IMG/VR virus record: IMGVR_UViG_3300046002_003930
Coordinates: 1-64,000 of that record
DNA: 64,000 nt
Source: a virus
Lineage: Duplodnaviria > Heunggongvirae > Uroviricota > Caudoviricetes
Reading direction: 5' to 3' (one strand)
Shown: positions 35,511 to 43,084 of the stretch, one piece after another
How positions within the stretch are numbered: the stretch's first letter is position 1
How the letters are laid out: each line of letters opens with the position of its first letter
Notes under the pieces: generated by a model
Databases searched by the model: none
The model's input: only the letters and a program-made list of their open reading frames with translations
What the model was told of the DNA's origin: nothing
Translations under genes and position numbers: made by a program

Positions 35511-35801
35511 ATGCTATATCGTTCAGGCGAAGTACAGCGTCTTTTCAAAGATAAGTCTAGTGGAACTATTATTCTGCTAAAACGCGAAAAGGGGAATGCG
35601 CATGATGCTAATGCTATTGCGGTCTACTCAGCCCTAACCCCATCCGGGACTAAGACTTATGAGTGGACTAAAGTCGGCTATGTTGATAAAGAAATTGCCA
35701 GAGAAGAGTTCTATGGATTACCTCTAGATACGGTTCTTGAGTGTACAAAGTACGGCCAAGATACTTTCCAATTGAGTGGAAAAACTAGAGAGTACAAATA
35801 A
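35511..35801 (+). CDS. HIRAN-domain-like protein
   Basis: NAHDANAIAVY...KVGYVDKEIA resembles the HIRAN motif (NpyDpnAI.V...iGYv). Confidence 0.4.
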   Translation: MLYRSGEVQRLFKDKSSGTIILLKREKGNAHDANAIAVYSALTPSGTKTYEWTKVGYVDKEIAREEFYGLPLDTVLECTKYGQDTFQLSGKTREYK

Positions 35802-35847
35802 TATTGATGCTGTTAGGCGCATTTTATAAAGAAAGAAGGTGACTATT

Positions 35848-36015
35848 TTGACCACGTCGCCTAACAGCATCATCACTCCTTGTACATTGATTTGTAAGAT
35901 TGAAGACGGCTGTTGTGTTGGGTGTCTCCGCACCATACCAGAAATTGCTGGCTGGCGTAGAATGTCTGACGAAGAGCGCATCGCAATTATGACCGACTTG
36001 AAAAATAGGTCTTGA
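35848..36015 (+). CDS. small Cys-rich protein, DUF1289-like (TTG start)
   Basis: RBS AAGGTGA then TTG; SPCxxxCxxxxxxCCxGCxRTxxEIxxWxxMSxEER pattern; stop TGA inside next promoter -35. Confidence 0.4.
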   Translation: MTTSPNSIITPCTLICKIEDGCCVGCLRTIPEIAGWRRMSDEERIAIMTDLKNRS

Positions 36016-36097
36016 CTTTGGTGCCCAAATATCGTATTATATAATCTGTGGTTCGGGACTGTCGCCCGATTAAATGAGCTTCAGCTCTAGCCATTTT

Positions 36098-36176
36098 CCG
36101 AGTGTAGCTCAGTCTGGTAGAGCGCTCCGTTTGGGACGGAGAGGTTTCAGAGGTTCGAATCCTCTCACTCGGACCA
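36098..36176 (+). tRNA. tRNA-Pro (anticodon TGG)
   Basis: Promoter 36006-36040 upstream; acceptor CCGAGTG/CACTCGG, D-arm GCTC-AGTCTGGTA-GAGC, anticodon stem CTCCG/CGGAG loop TTTGGGA, T-arm AGAGG-TTCGAAT-CCTCT, CCA. Confidence 0.7.
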
Positions 36177-36485
36177 ATTACGCGGTGATAGAATAAATTC
36201 TGTCTATTAATGTGGATGAAAAATCCCACAGCCGCATCAAGTGCGACGGAGTAACCGACACTGCGATCAGGGTCCGCTAGTAACGGGTAGCCTCGCATTC
36301 GCCTCCGCCCTCACCAGCCTGATTTAACTAATCAGTAAGGTCTCAAGAAGAGGGGAGCTGCTCAACGGTGCAGCAGGCGAGAGGGTCACGCCCCTCAACC
36401 GTTCCAGTTTTATGTGGTGCTTGCACATCCGGTGGCAAGTTGAATGAGGCGCAGTCTCAGCCACTCCAATTTACGAAAGAAGACG

Positions 36486-36797
36486 ATGCATTCCTACTTT
36501 TTTGTTCGACAAGATATTAGTCCAGAACAACAGACTGTACAACTACAGCATGTTTCCTTGGAACTAGGCAATTGCCTGACACGTCGAGAAACATTAGGAC
36601 TCAACTTCGTTACATGTGGTGTTCCCGATCTAGAAGCTCTTGAAAACATTGAAAGCTATTTAGTAGCAAAAGAGTTAGAGTATGTTCTCTATCGGGACTC
36701 CCACTTTTACAACGAGATTACAGCAATCGCTGTATTTCCAATTAACGCGGAAGACCGCGAGCATTTCCGTTTCGGAAAATTATTGAAATTTAAATGA
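36486..36797 (+). CDS. hypothetical protein
   Basis: RBS GAAAGAAGACG then ATG 36486; 103 aa. Confidence 0.45.
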   Translation: MHSYFFVRQDISPEQQTVQLQHVSLELGNCLTRRETLGLNFVTCGVPDLEALENIESYLVAKELEYVLYRDSHFYNEITAIAVFPINAEDREHFRFGKLLKFK

Positions 36798-36991
36798 AAC
36801 TATTAGCCATCCTCTTTACTCTACTTGCCGGAAATCCTTCGGAAGGTGTAAACACGCCAACTGATAGACTATGGGCAAAGAGTGAAGGTCATGCTACAGT
36901 TTTATCGGCCAACGAGGTTAAGCTATTTGCTTATACGTGGCCGCATGAAGACGATTCAAAATCAGATTAACTGTTAGTTAATCCTACTTTG

Positions 36992-37025
36992 AGCCGTCTT
37001 CCTGAAAAGGAGGGCGGCTTTTTTA
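36992..37025 (+). terminator. rho-independent terminator
   Basis: AGCCGTCTTCCTGAAAAGGAGGGCGGCT followed by TTTTTTAG. Confidence 0.6.
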
Positions 37026-37046
37026 GTTAAGTAAATTATTAATCAT

Positions 37047-37128
37047 ACCCCGTTGGCGGAACGGTAGACGCGCTGCGCTTAGGACGCAGTTCTTAGGAGT
37101 GAGAGTTCGAATCTCTTGCGGGGTACCA
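37047..37128 (+). tRNA. tRNA-Leu (anticodon TAG), class II
   Basis: Acceptor ACCCCGT/GCGGGGT, anticodon stem CTGCG/CGCAG loop CTTAGGA, long variable arm, T-arm GAGAG-TTCGAAT-CTCTT, CCA. Confidence 0.65.
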
Positions 37129-37191
37129 TTAATAATTTAATTCTTGACATAAATCAATATTTTTGGTATACTCTAAAAATGGAGTTACCAT

Positions 37192-37632
37192 ATGTCTTAT
37201 GAAAAACGCTTTCCCGATTGGGAACAACAAATAATTAACGCTGCAAATAGCACAGGTTCTGCTAGTGCTGCGGCCGCATTTTTAGGTATTAAATACGATA
37301 CCTATAGAAAATACGCACTCAGATACAACTGTTTAAAGACTAATCAGTCCGGAAAAGGAATAAGTAAAAAGTCTGCAAACAGCTACGCATTAGAAGATAT
37401 TTTGGCCGGAGAGCATCCGCAATATCCTAGTGCAAAACTAAGGGTGCGCTTGATTAAAGAAGATATATTTCCTGCAAAATGCAATAAATGTGGATTAGAA
37501 GAATGGTTAAATAAGCCCATCCCTCTAGAACTAGAGCATAAAGATGGGGATCATCATAATAATCTTTTAGAGAATTTAGAGCTATTATGTCCTAATTGTC
37601 ATGCTCAGACTGAGACTTATTGTAGAAAATAA
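37192..37632 (+). CDS. HNH homing endonuclease
   Basis: Promoter AATTCTTGACATAAATCAATATTTTTGGTATACTC upstream; CNKCG...LELEHKDGDHHNN...LLCPNCH HNH motif. Confidence 0.7.
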   Translation: MSYEKRFPDWEQQIINAANSTGSASAAAAFLGIKYDTYRKYALRYNCLKTNQSGKGISKKSANSYALEDILAGEHPQYPSAKLRVRLIKEDIFPAKCNKCGLEEWLNKPIPLELEHKDGDHHNNLLENLELLCPNCHAQTETYCRK

Positions 37633-37633
37633 T

Positions 37634-37709
37634 GCCCGTCTAGCCCAGCGGCAGAGGCACCAGACTTAAAATCTGTACAGGCTCGGTTCGAATCCGAGGA
37701 CGGGTACCA
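37634..37709 (+). tRNA. tRNA with anticodon TAA (Leu-type anticodon) but class-I short variable loop
   Basis: Acceptor GCCCGTC/GACGGGT, loop CTTAAAA, T-arm CTCGG-TTCGAAT-CCGAG, discriminator A, CCA encoded. Confidence 0.55.
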
Positions 37710-37879
37710 ATTCCAAGGGATACAATGTATAAAACAAGTTACACATATACTCTTAGAGATAAAATAGTCTCAGAAAGTTCGTCAGTGCCAATGGGTACGT
37801 TAGAGGACTTTAATAAGAAAGTTAACGCTATTCTTGATTATTATGGGCATAAGCCAAATTTCAAGTTTAGTGCAAGTTT

Positions 37880-37963
37880 TGGGTAGGTAAAGCCGATGGT
37901 TTCGGCACGGGGCCTGTAAAGCCTTTCCGCAAGGGAGTGATTCGATTTCGCACCTGCTCACCA
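37880..37963 (+). other. tRNA-like structured element (GTA anticodon-like loop, non-canonical T-arm, ends ...CTCACCA)
   Basis: Hairpins GCCGA-TGGTT-TCGGC and GGGGC-CTGTAAA-GCCTT; no consistent acceptor stem found. Confidence 0.3.
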
Positions 37964-37964
37964 T

Positions 37965-38035
37965 GCTAGAGTCCGGAGGACGGTTGCTGGGTTGTGTCCC
38001 CGGTGAATAGGTTTCGACTACCTACTCTAGTTCCA
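37965..38035 (+). tRNA. tRNA-like gene, possibly His (anticodon GTG), reduced D-arm
   Basis: Acceptor GCTAGAG/CTCTAGT, anticodon stem CTGGG/CCCGG loop TTGTGTC, T-arm TAGGT-TTCGACT-ACCTA, CCA encoded. Confidence 0.4.
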
Positions 38036-38039
38036 TAAT

Positions 38040-38232
38040 TTAGGATAGTTCAGCATACCAAATGTTTGCAATACAGAACCCGAAAGGGGCTATCCTGTTT
38101 AGTTTTAGAATGGTCCAGCAACTCAATTACTGTGATTGGTTCACAATTTGTCTTAGAAACAAACCTAGCGGGTTCAATTCCCGCGTAAAAACAACCATTC
38201 TGTTTTAAGGAGATACATATGCTTAAGGGATA
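38040..38232 (+). other. two further tRNA-like/structured elements (closed stem AGGATAG...CTATCCT around a GAAA-tetraloop hairpin; then a roughly 90-nt element with T-arm GCGGG-TTCAATT-CCCGC)
   Basis: Acceptor-like 7-bp closures and a canonical T-arm but no clean cloverleaf. Confidence 0.3.
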
Positions 38233-38267
38233 TATCATGTTATAGAGCACCAAGGAGGGCTCATAAC

Positions 38268-38537
38268 ATGAAGCAACAATATAAGATCAACACACCGTCA
38301 TGGTACCTCTACAATGGGGTATATGAGGAGTGGAAATCTAAAGGAATGTATGTCCATCGTTATCGCTGGATGCGCAACCCTAGAACACACCTTAATCGTA
38401 AGCGCCTCGCAGCGCACCCAGAGTTTACTCGCGGTAAGCAGCGAAAACTTCCTAGCAACTGGGATGACATGAACCTTTCGTTCAACCATTCCAACTGCTG
38501 GAAACGCTTCACTAAGAAGCGAAAACAACATTCTTAG
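38268..38537 (+). CDS. hypothetical basic protein
   Basis: RBS CAAGGAGGG then ATG; 89 aa, rich in K/R/W. Confidence 0.45.
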   Translation: MKQQYKINTPSWYLYNGVYEEWKSKGMYVHRYRWMRNPRTHLNRKRLAAHPEFTRGKQRKLPSNWDDMNLSFNHSNCWKRFTKKRKQHS

Positions 38538-38578
38538 GCTCCAGACCGCAACTCAATTAGCATTGTAAGCTCGTTGTT

Positions 38579-38635
38579 ATTGGTTCGATTCCAATATCCT
38601 CCACCACTGGGGAGGATTAGCTCAATTGGTAGAGC
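38579..38635 (+). ncRNA. anticodon-less, circularly closed tRNA-like module (T-arm - acceptor stem closed by 8-nt loop - D-arm); Y-RNA (YrlA-type) effector-domain candidate
   Basis: ATTGG-TTCGATT-CCAAT then ATCCTCC-ACCACTGG-GGAGGAT then TA then GCTC-AATTGGTA-GAGC. Acceptor strands perfectly complementary but in 3'-then-5' order; no anticodon arm. Confidence 0.45.
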
Positions 38636-38657
38636 ACGAAAAACAGGAACCTGTATT

Positions 38658-38690
38658 AAAACTCTTGACTTTGAAGCTGAAAGCTTCTAT
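38658..38690 (+). promoter_or_regulatory. T5-type promoter (TTGACT-17-TATACT) upstream of the Ro60-like gene, with a roughly 270-nt leader
   Basis: AAAACTCTTGACTTTGAAGCTGAAAGCTTCTATACTATTT. Confidence 0.55.
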
Positions 38691-38965
38691 ACTATTTAAA
38701 GACTTAGGGATAAGTACTGCACTACATTTATCGCAGGGTAATGCCTGTATTAAGCAAAGTTACTTAAATGTAACCCCACAGGATTTCAGCCGCTGTATAA
38801 ATACGGTTGACAGTAGATCGAGCTGTGTAAAACGATCGACACTATCCCGTACTAATTTAGAATGAAGACTGCAACTCAAAACTAACGGGGTTACCCGTTT
38901 CCAGGCTTGGGTACGCCACGAAAAGGCCCACAACATTCATTCTGTTCATAAAAAGGAAAACTACA

Positions 38966-40441
38966 ATGACCATGACTTTTGCTAACGCGGTTGCGCGTTC
39001 TAACGCTCCTTCGATGGATCGTGGATATACCCGTACCGAAAACGGTATGCGCTCTCTTAAGAGCACTCTTTCCGCGACTGTGGACCTCTTCGGGTCTCTA
39101 ACGCGAGGTAAGAACCTTGTTCCTGCTTTCGAAGCAGCTTTTCAGGAAAACCCTGATGTAGCTATGCGTCTGGCGCAGTATGCGCGTGACGTGCGTGGTG
39201 GACAAGGTGAACGTAAGATTTTCCGTGACTTTATGCTCCACCTTGAGCGTACTCGTCCCGACATTCTGGTGGATTCTAACATTCTGAAGAATGTTGCTGA
39301 AGTTGGTCGTTTCGACGATCTTCTGATCTTCTCTAACCCAGAAGTTAAAGCTGTTGCTTACACGATTGTTGCTAAGGCACTTTCGGAAGGTAACGGACTA
39401 GCTGCAAAGTGGATGCCTCGTAAGGGTGCAATCGCTATCGAGCTACGTAACTTCATGGAGCTTTCGCCTAAACAATATCGTAAGCTGCTAGTTCGGCTGA
39501 CGAATGTTGTTGAAACGCAAATGTGCGCACGCAACTGGAATGAGATTAACTTCTCGCACGTTCCTTCGGTTGCTATGTCGCGCTATATGACTGCGTTCCA
39601 CAAGCGCGCTCCTGAAGCCTTCGCGGCATTCAAGGCTGCCCTAGTTCGTGGCGACAAGGGTGTTAAGGTCAACGCTTCGGCTGTTTACCCACATGAAGTT
39701 GTTAAGCTGGCTGGCGGTGCTATGTCGTGCAACAACTACGGTAGCTATTCTCGTTTCAACGAGTATGGCGCTAAGGCTGAAAACCCAGTAGCCGAAGCTA
39801 TGTGGAAGGCCCTGCCTGACTACATGAACGGCGAAAGCGTTCTAGCTATGATCGACACTTCGGGGTCGATGGAAAGCAATTACTACAATACTTCGGTTCG
39901 TCCTCTGGACGCGGCTGTTTCTATTGGTCTGTATGTTGCTGAGCGTAGCAAGAACCCTGCTTTCCGTAACCTTATCCTTTCGTTCTCTGAGCGTCCGGAA
40001 ATTGTTAAGCTGGAAGGTAGCCTGGCCGCACGCCTGCATAGAATGTCGCAAGTTGCATGGGGTGGAAACACTAACCTGCACGCCGCATTCGATAAGATCC
40101 TAGACGTTGCTGTTAGCAACAACGTTCCAGAGTCTGAAATGCCAGGCACACTGCTAATCCTGTCGGATATGCAGTTTGATTCCTGCGCTCGTTACGATGA
40201 CACTGCTCTGCAGATGATGCGTCGTAAGTACGAAGCCGCGGGCTACACAATGCCTCGCATTGTGTTCTGGAACCTGAATGATAAGGGTGACAAACCAGTT
40301 CGTTTCGGCGAAAATGGAGTTGCTCTAGTCTCTGGCTTCTCGCCAGCAGTCATGAAGTCGGTGCTTGCATCGGACCTTGACAAGTTCACTCCAGAGAGCG
40401 TAATGCTCAAGGCCTTAATGGTCGATCGCTATAACTGGTGA
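38966..40441 (+). CDS. Ro60-like (TROVE-like helical N-region plus C-terminal vWA/MIDAS) RNA-binding protein candidate
   Basis: 491 aa; RBS AAAAGGAAAAC then ATG; C-terminal vWA with MIDAS LAMIDTSGSMES...; alpha-helical N-terminal two thirds; sits in the middle of the tRNA cluster. Confidence 0.5.
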   Translation: MTMTFANAVARSNAPSMDRGYTRTENGMRSLKSTLSATVDLFGSLTRGKNLVPAFEAAFQENPDVAMRLAQYARDVRGGQGERKIFRDFMLHLERTRPDILVDSNILKNVAEVGRFDDLLIFSNPEVKAVAYTIVAKALSEGNGLAAKWMPRKGAIAIELRNFMELSPKQYRKLLVRLTNVVETQMCARNWNEINFSHVPSVAMSRYMTAFHKRAPEAFAAFKAALVRGDKGVKVNASAVYPHEVVKLAGGAMSCNNYGSYSRFNEYGAKAENPVAEAMWKALPDYMNGESVLAMIDTSGSMESNYYNTSVRPLDAAVSIGLYVAERSKNPAFRNLILSFSERPEIVKLEGSLAARLHRMSQVAWGGNTNLHAAFDKILDVAVSNNVPESEMPGTLLILSDMQFDSCARYDDTALQMMRRKYEAAGYTMPRIVFWNLNDKGDKPVRFGENGVALVSGFSPAVMKSVLASDLDKFTPESVMLKALMVDRYNW

Positions 40442-40444
40442 TCA

Positions 40445-40540
40445 AAGATAGCGGAGTCCGATACCTTCCGAGGGTGTCCGGCTCCGCCGTCTCTCGGAAG
40501 TGATACGGTGGCTATAAAGTTATGCCACCTGTCACAATTT
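40445..40540 (+). other. multi-hairpin structured region immediately 3' of the Ro60-like gene
   Basis: GCGGAGTCCG...CGGCTCCGC, TTCCGAG...CTCGGAA, GGTGGC-TATAAAGTTAT-GCCACC. Confidence 0.35.
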
Positions 40541-40630
40541 TGCTCTGCCGAGCTGAACTAGGTGGACGGGCCTGACTGTTAATCAGGATACGCGAGGTTC
40601 GAATCCTCGCGGCAGAGCAAAATTGTGACT
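40531..40630 (+). tRNA. tRNA-Asn (anticodon GTT; body 40544-40617) embedded in a perfect 20-bp extended stem
   Basis: 5' GTCACAATTTTGCTCTGCCG ... 3' CGGCAGAGCAAAATTGTGAC are exact reverse complements; inner cloverleaf has anticodon stem CCTGA/TCAGG loop CTGTTAA and T-arm CGAGG-TTCGAAT-CCTCG; no encoded CCA. Confidence 0.65.
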
Positions 40631-40634
40631 TCAT

Positions 40635-40712
40635 GCACCCGTCGTCTAAATGGAATAGGATACCACACTTTCAATGTGGCAGATGCCGGTTCAAGTCCGG
40701 TCGGGTGTTCCA
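40635..40712 (+). tRNA. tRNA-Glu (anticodon TTC)
   Basis: Acceptor GCACCCG/CGGGTGT, anticodon stem CCACA/TGTGG loop CTTTCAA, T-arm GCCGG-TTCAAGT-CCGGT, CCA. Confidence 0.65.
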
Positions 40713-40717
40713 ACTTT

Positions 40718-40792
40718 GCCTCTATAGTGGTAATGGTAGCACGAGCCCTTGGTATGGGTTTAGTATAAGTTCAATTCTTATTGGAGGCACCA
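40718..40792 (+). tRNA. tRNA-Thr (anticodon GGT)
   Basis: Acceptor GCCTCTA/TGGAGGC, anticodon stem AGCCC/GGGTT loop TTGGTAT, T-arm ATAAG-TTCAATT-CTTAT, CCA overlapping the next ATG. Confidence 0.65.
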
Positions 40793-41034
40793 TGGATAAT
40801 ATTAAGCTATCAGACCAAACTCGTGAGATAGGTAAGCCTTCCAACTGGAATGAAGAAGTTCATGGAAGTTGTATTTCAATATCTGTACATGATCGCCATA
40901 CTTCTATAGGTAACTTTATGGTTACTGGATGGAAACCAACCTGTGGTGAACTAGAAGTTCTTAATCAGGACGGGCATATTTGGTTAGAAATTAACGGGGA
41001 AATTCACCCAGTGATTAAAATCTATGCAGCTTGA
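40792..41034 (+). CDS. hypothetical protein
   Basis: ATG overlaps tRNA CCA end (CACCATGG); 80 aa. Confidence 0.45.
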   Translation: MDNIKLSDQTREIGKPSNWNEEVHGSCISISVHDRHTSIGNFMVTGWKPTCGELEVLNQDGHIWLEINGEIHPVIKIYAA

Positions 41035-41227
41035 ATTCATTTGGTGCAGAGAATGTGGCAAAGTTATCTCTGATGACGAGTATGTTGTAAACTGGGGTAG
41101 TTGTTCAGACTGTTTCGATAAACACTATTTTTTATATTGCGAACTTAATCCGGAGCAGCTAGAGTTATATGAAAGTAAAGATTGGCAAGCCAAAAGAGAA
41201 TCAGAAAGTTTCGATTCAAATCCATGA
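41024..41227 (+). CDS. small Cys-rich protein
   Basis: CRECGKV...CSDCFDK zinc-ribbon-like. Confidence 0.4.
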   Translation: MQLEFIWCRECGKVISDDEYVVNWGSCSDCFDKHYFLYCELNPEQLELYESKDWQAKRESESFDSNP

Positions 41228-41549
41228 CTACGATGTAGAGGCTATGGATTACACGCTGGCGCTAATCATTGCTCCAATGCTGCGAAAGTTTAAGACTACT
41301 CGGGATTGCTCTCCTTTTGTCGAGGATGAAGACGTTCCAGAAGCTATTCGCACTACAGCTGCAAGAGTTACTGATAAAGAATATGAAGAAGATGAGTTCC
41401 TGCATGATCGCTGGGACTGGGTATTAGACGAAATGATCGCGGCCTTTGAAGCAATTGCTGAAGACCAAGAATCAACAAAAGAACGTGAAATGCGGGTAGA
41501 CCGAGGGCTTAGGTACTTCGGCAAATACTATCGCAGTTTGTGGAATTAA
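41169..41549 (+). CDS. hypothetical acidic protein (start uncertain)
   Basis: 126-aa ORF; alternative internal start about 41244. Confidence 0.4.
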   Translation: MKVKIGKPKENQKVSIQIHDYDVEAMDYTLALIIAPMLRKFKTTRDCSPFVEDEDVPEAIRTTAARVTDKEYEEDEFLHDRWDWVLDEMIAAFEAIAEDQESTKEREMRVDRGLRYFGKYYRSLWN

Positions 41550-41624
41550 GGCCAGGTAGCTCAGGGGTAGAGCAGGAGACTGAAAATCTCCGTGTCGGTG
41601 GTTCGAGACCGCCTCTGGCCACCA
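41550..41624 (+). tRNA. tRNA-Phe (anticodon GAA)
   Basis: Acceptor GGCCAGG/TCTGGCC, D-arm GCTC-AGGGGTA-GAGC, anticodon stem GGAGA/TCTCC loop CTGAAAA, T-arm GGTGG-TTCGAGA-CCGCC, CCA. Confidence 0.75.
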
Positions 41625-41690
41625 CAAAATTTAGTTCTTGACTTTGTCCTAAAAGCGTGGCATAATGTTTATCTTAAGTCGGGAAAGCAA

Positions 41691-41879
41691 ATGCCATTCT
41701 GTAAAAAATGTGACGAACAATTCAGCCGCGCTCGTGCGCAGCTGGGGTATAAAACCTGCTTGAAGTGCGGGTCGCCAAAACAAGAATTTCTAGCAATTCC
41801 TGTGGCAAAGTCTAACTATATCGTTGGCTTTCCCAAAGATTTGCTTAATAACAATCATAAGGGGCCTCGTGTCCATTAA
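41691..41879 (+). CDS. zinc-ribbon small protein
   Basis: Promoter TTCTTGACTTTGTCCTAAAAGCGTGGCATAATG upstream; MPFCKKCDEQF...CLKCGSP two CxxC pairs. Confidence 0.5.
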   Translation: MPFCKKCDEQFSRARAQLGYKTCLKCGSPKQEFLAIPVAKSNYIVGFPKDLLNNNHKGPRVH

Positions 41880-41955
41880 GGTTCTGTAGCTCAATTGCGA
41901 GAGCGTCCGGTTGTCAACCGGAAGGTAGAGGGATGGAAACCCTTCAGAACCGCCA
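41880..41955 (+). tRNA. tRNA-Asp (anticodon GTC), atypical T-loop ATGGAAA
   Basis: Acceptor GGTTCTG/CAGAACC, anticodon stem TCCGG/CCGGA loop TTGTCAA, CCA encoded. Confidence 0.6.
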
Positions 41956-41957
41956 TA

Positions 41958-42066
41958 ATTCCTTGCGTAGGTCAATGTGGCAATCTGTGGTCTAGACGTG
42001 ACTGTCTAGAATATTGTGGGTTAGTCACTCACAGCAGAGCGCAAACCTTGCAAGGAAACGTCTTTA
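41958..42066 (+). ncRNA. about 110-nt structured element closed by 7-bp stem TCCTTGC/GCAAGGA (small RNA candidate)
   Basis: Internal hairpins TCTAGAC-GTGAC-TGTCTAGA and GTGACT...AGTCAC; no T-loop, no ORF. Confidence 0.3.
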
Positions 42067-42067
42067 T

Positions 42068-42143
42068 GCCTCTATAGCTCATCTGGTAGAGCAGCTGTTT
42101 TGTAATCAGCAGGCGGTGGGTTCGAGTCCTGCTGGGGGCACCA
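42068..42143 (+). tRNA. tRNA-Thr (anticodon TGT)
   Basis: Acceptor GCCTCTA/TGGGGGC (two G-U pairs), D-arm GCTC-ATCTGGTA-GAGC, loop TTTGTAA, T-arm GTGGG-TTCGAGT-CCTGC, CCA. Confidence 0.55.
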
Positions 42144-42148
42144 TTTAT

Positions 42149-42234
42149 GTGATCGTGGCTCGAACGATTAGGCAGCTGACTGCAACTCAGCTTCATGCAG
42201 GTTTGAATCCTGTCGATCACTCCAACGAAAGATA
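42149..42234 (+). tRNA. tRNA-Cys (anticodon GCA)
   Basis: Acceptor GTGATCG/CGATCAC, anticodon stem GCTGA/TCAGC loop CTGCAAC, T-arm GCAGG-TTTGAAT-CCTGT, CCA. Confidence 0.6.
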
Positions 42235-42236
42235 AA

Positions 42237-42509
42237 ATGAAACAGTTAGTATTCAATCTCGGTGATAAAGTTTGGCTTCATGGCGCACATAATCCGCCAC
42301 TAAAACTAAAGCTATTCCCTTGGCCGCGTATGGTTCCAGAGCATAGTAAGGGCGGACTCTTTGAAGGTACCGTAGTTCACATCTTTGAGCGATTTAGTAC
42401 GGAATATGTTGTAGAAGTTGATACTCATATCGAGCCAATGCTATATGTACGCGACGGTTTTACACTTAGCGACGCCCCAAACAAGCCCATTGGATTATTC
42501 CGACGTTGA
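42237..42509 (+). CDS. hypothetical protein
   Basis: 90-aa ORF, RBS GAAAGATAAA then ATG. Confidence 0.45.
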   Translation: MKQLVFNLGDKVWLHGAHNPPLKLKLFPWPRMVPEHSKGGLFEGTVVHIFERFSTEYVVEVDTHIEPMLYVRDGFTLSDAPNKPIGLFRR

Positions 42510-42868
42510 GAGTTCTAGTTTACGGTGGTCGTGATTTCGCCAAACAAAATCTAGGGTTCCGAGCGCTTGACCAGCTTCATGCTGAGTTTGGTTTCACACT
42601 TGTAATCGACGGTATGGCACGCGGTGCTGATACAATCGGATACAATTGGGCGCAAAAAGAAGAATTACCAAGCGAGCGCTATCCTGCGCAATGGGATAAA
42701 TATGGCAGAAGTGCCGGGCCTATTCGCAACAAGCAGATGCTTGATGAAGGTAAACCTGATATTGCTGTAGCTTTTCCCGGAGGTACGGGAACCAGCAATA
42801 TGACAAAACAATTACTTGAGGCTGGCGTACTTGTAAAGTTCGTCATTCCTAAGGGCAAGACGCGCTAA
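42506..42868 (+). CDS. SLOG/DUF2493 (YspA-like) family protein
   Basis: VYGGRDF...VIDGMARGADTIGYNWAQ...AFPGGTGTS resembles the YspA-like SLOG nucleotide-binding fold. Confidence 0.4.
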   Translation: MRVLVYGGRDFAKQNLGFRALDQLHAEFGFTLVIDGMARGADTIGYNWAQKEELPSERYPAQWDKYGRSAGPIRNKQMLDEGKPDIAVAFPGGTGTSNMTKQLLEAGVLVKFVIPKGKTR

Positions 42869-42930
42869 GGTAGCCAATTTCTTTTGCAAGGAAATATCAG
42901 TGGGTTCGATTCCCATCTTGTCCACCAATT
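42869..42930 (+). other. short tRNA-like element A (T-arm GTGGG-TTCGATT-CCCAT, 3' end ...CTTGTCCACCAA)
   Basis: About 60 nt; shares architecture and the 3' motif GTCCACCAATT with element B at 43085-43140. Confidence 0.3.
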
Positions 42931-43084
42931 TGAACGTGTGTGCTGTAACCCAAACGAGATTCCTTATGTTTACTCCGGGAATCTTTAGTCCGATGTCAGT
43001 AGCAGAAGGTTTTAGACCTTGCAGCCAAGCGATGTAAACAGTAGCTTGGCGGTTCAAATACAATTACGGGCTCGCATGTACCAA

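Noticed and set aside
38579-38635. Simple interpretation as two unrelated degraded tRNA fragments
   Set aside because: Set aside as the less likely reading, not excluded. The 7/7 perfect complementarity of the juxtaposed acceptor strands plus intact T- and D-arms argues they belong to one folded unit
38626-38865. 79-aa plus-strand ORF upstream of the Ro60-like gene
   Set aside because: Starts upstream of, and runs through, the promoter at 38658; no RBS; region better explained as promoter plus untranslated leader
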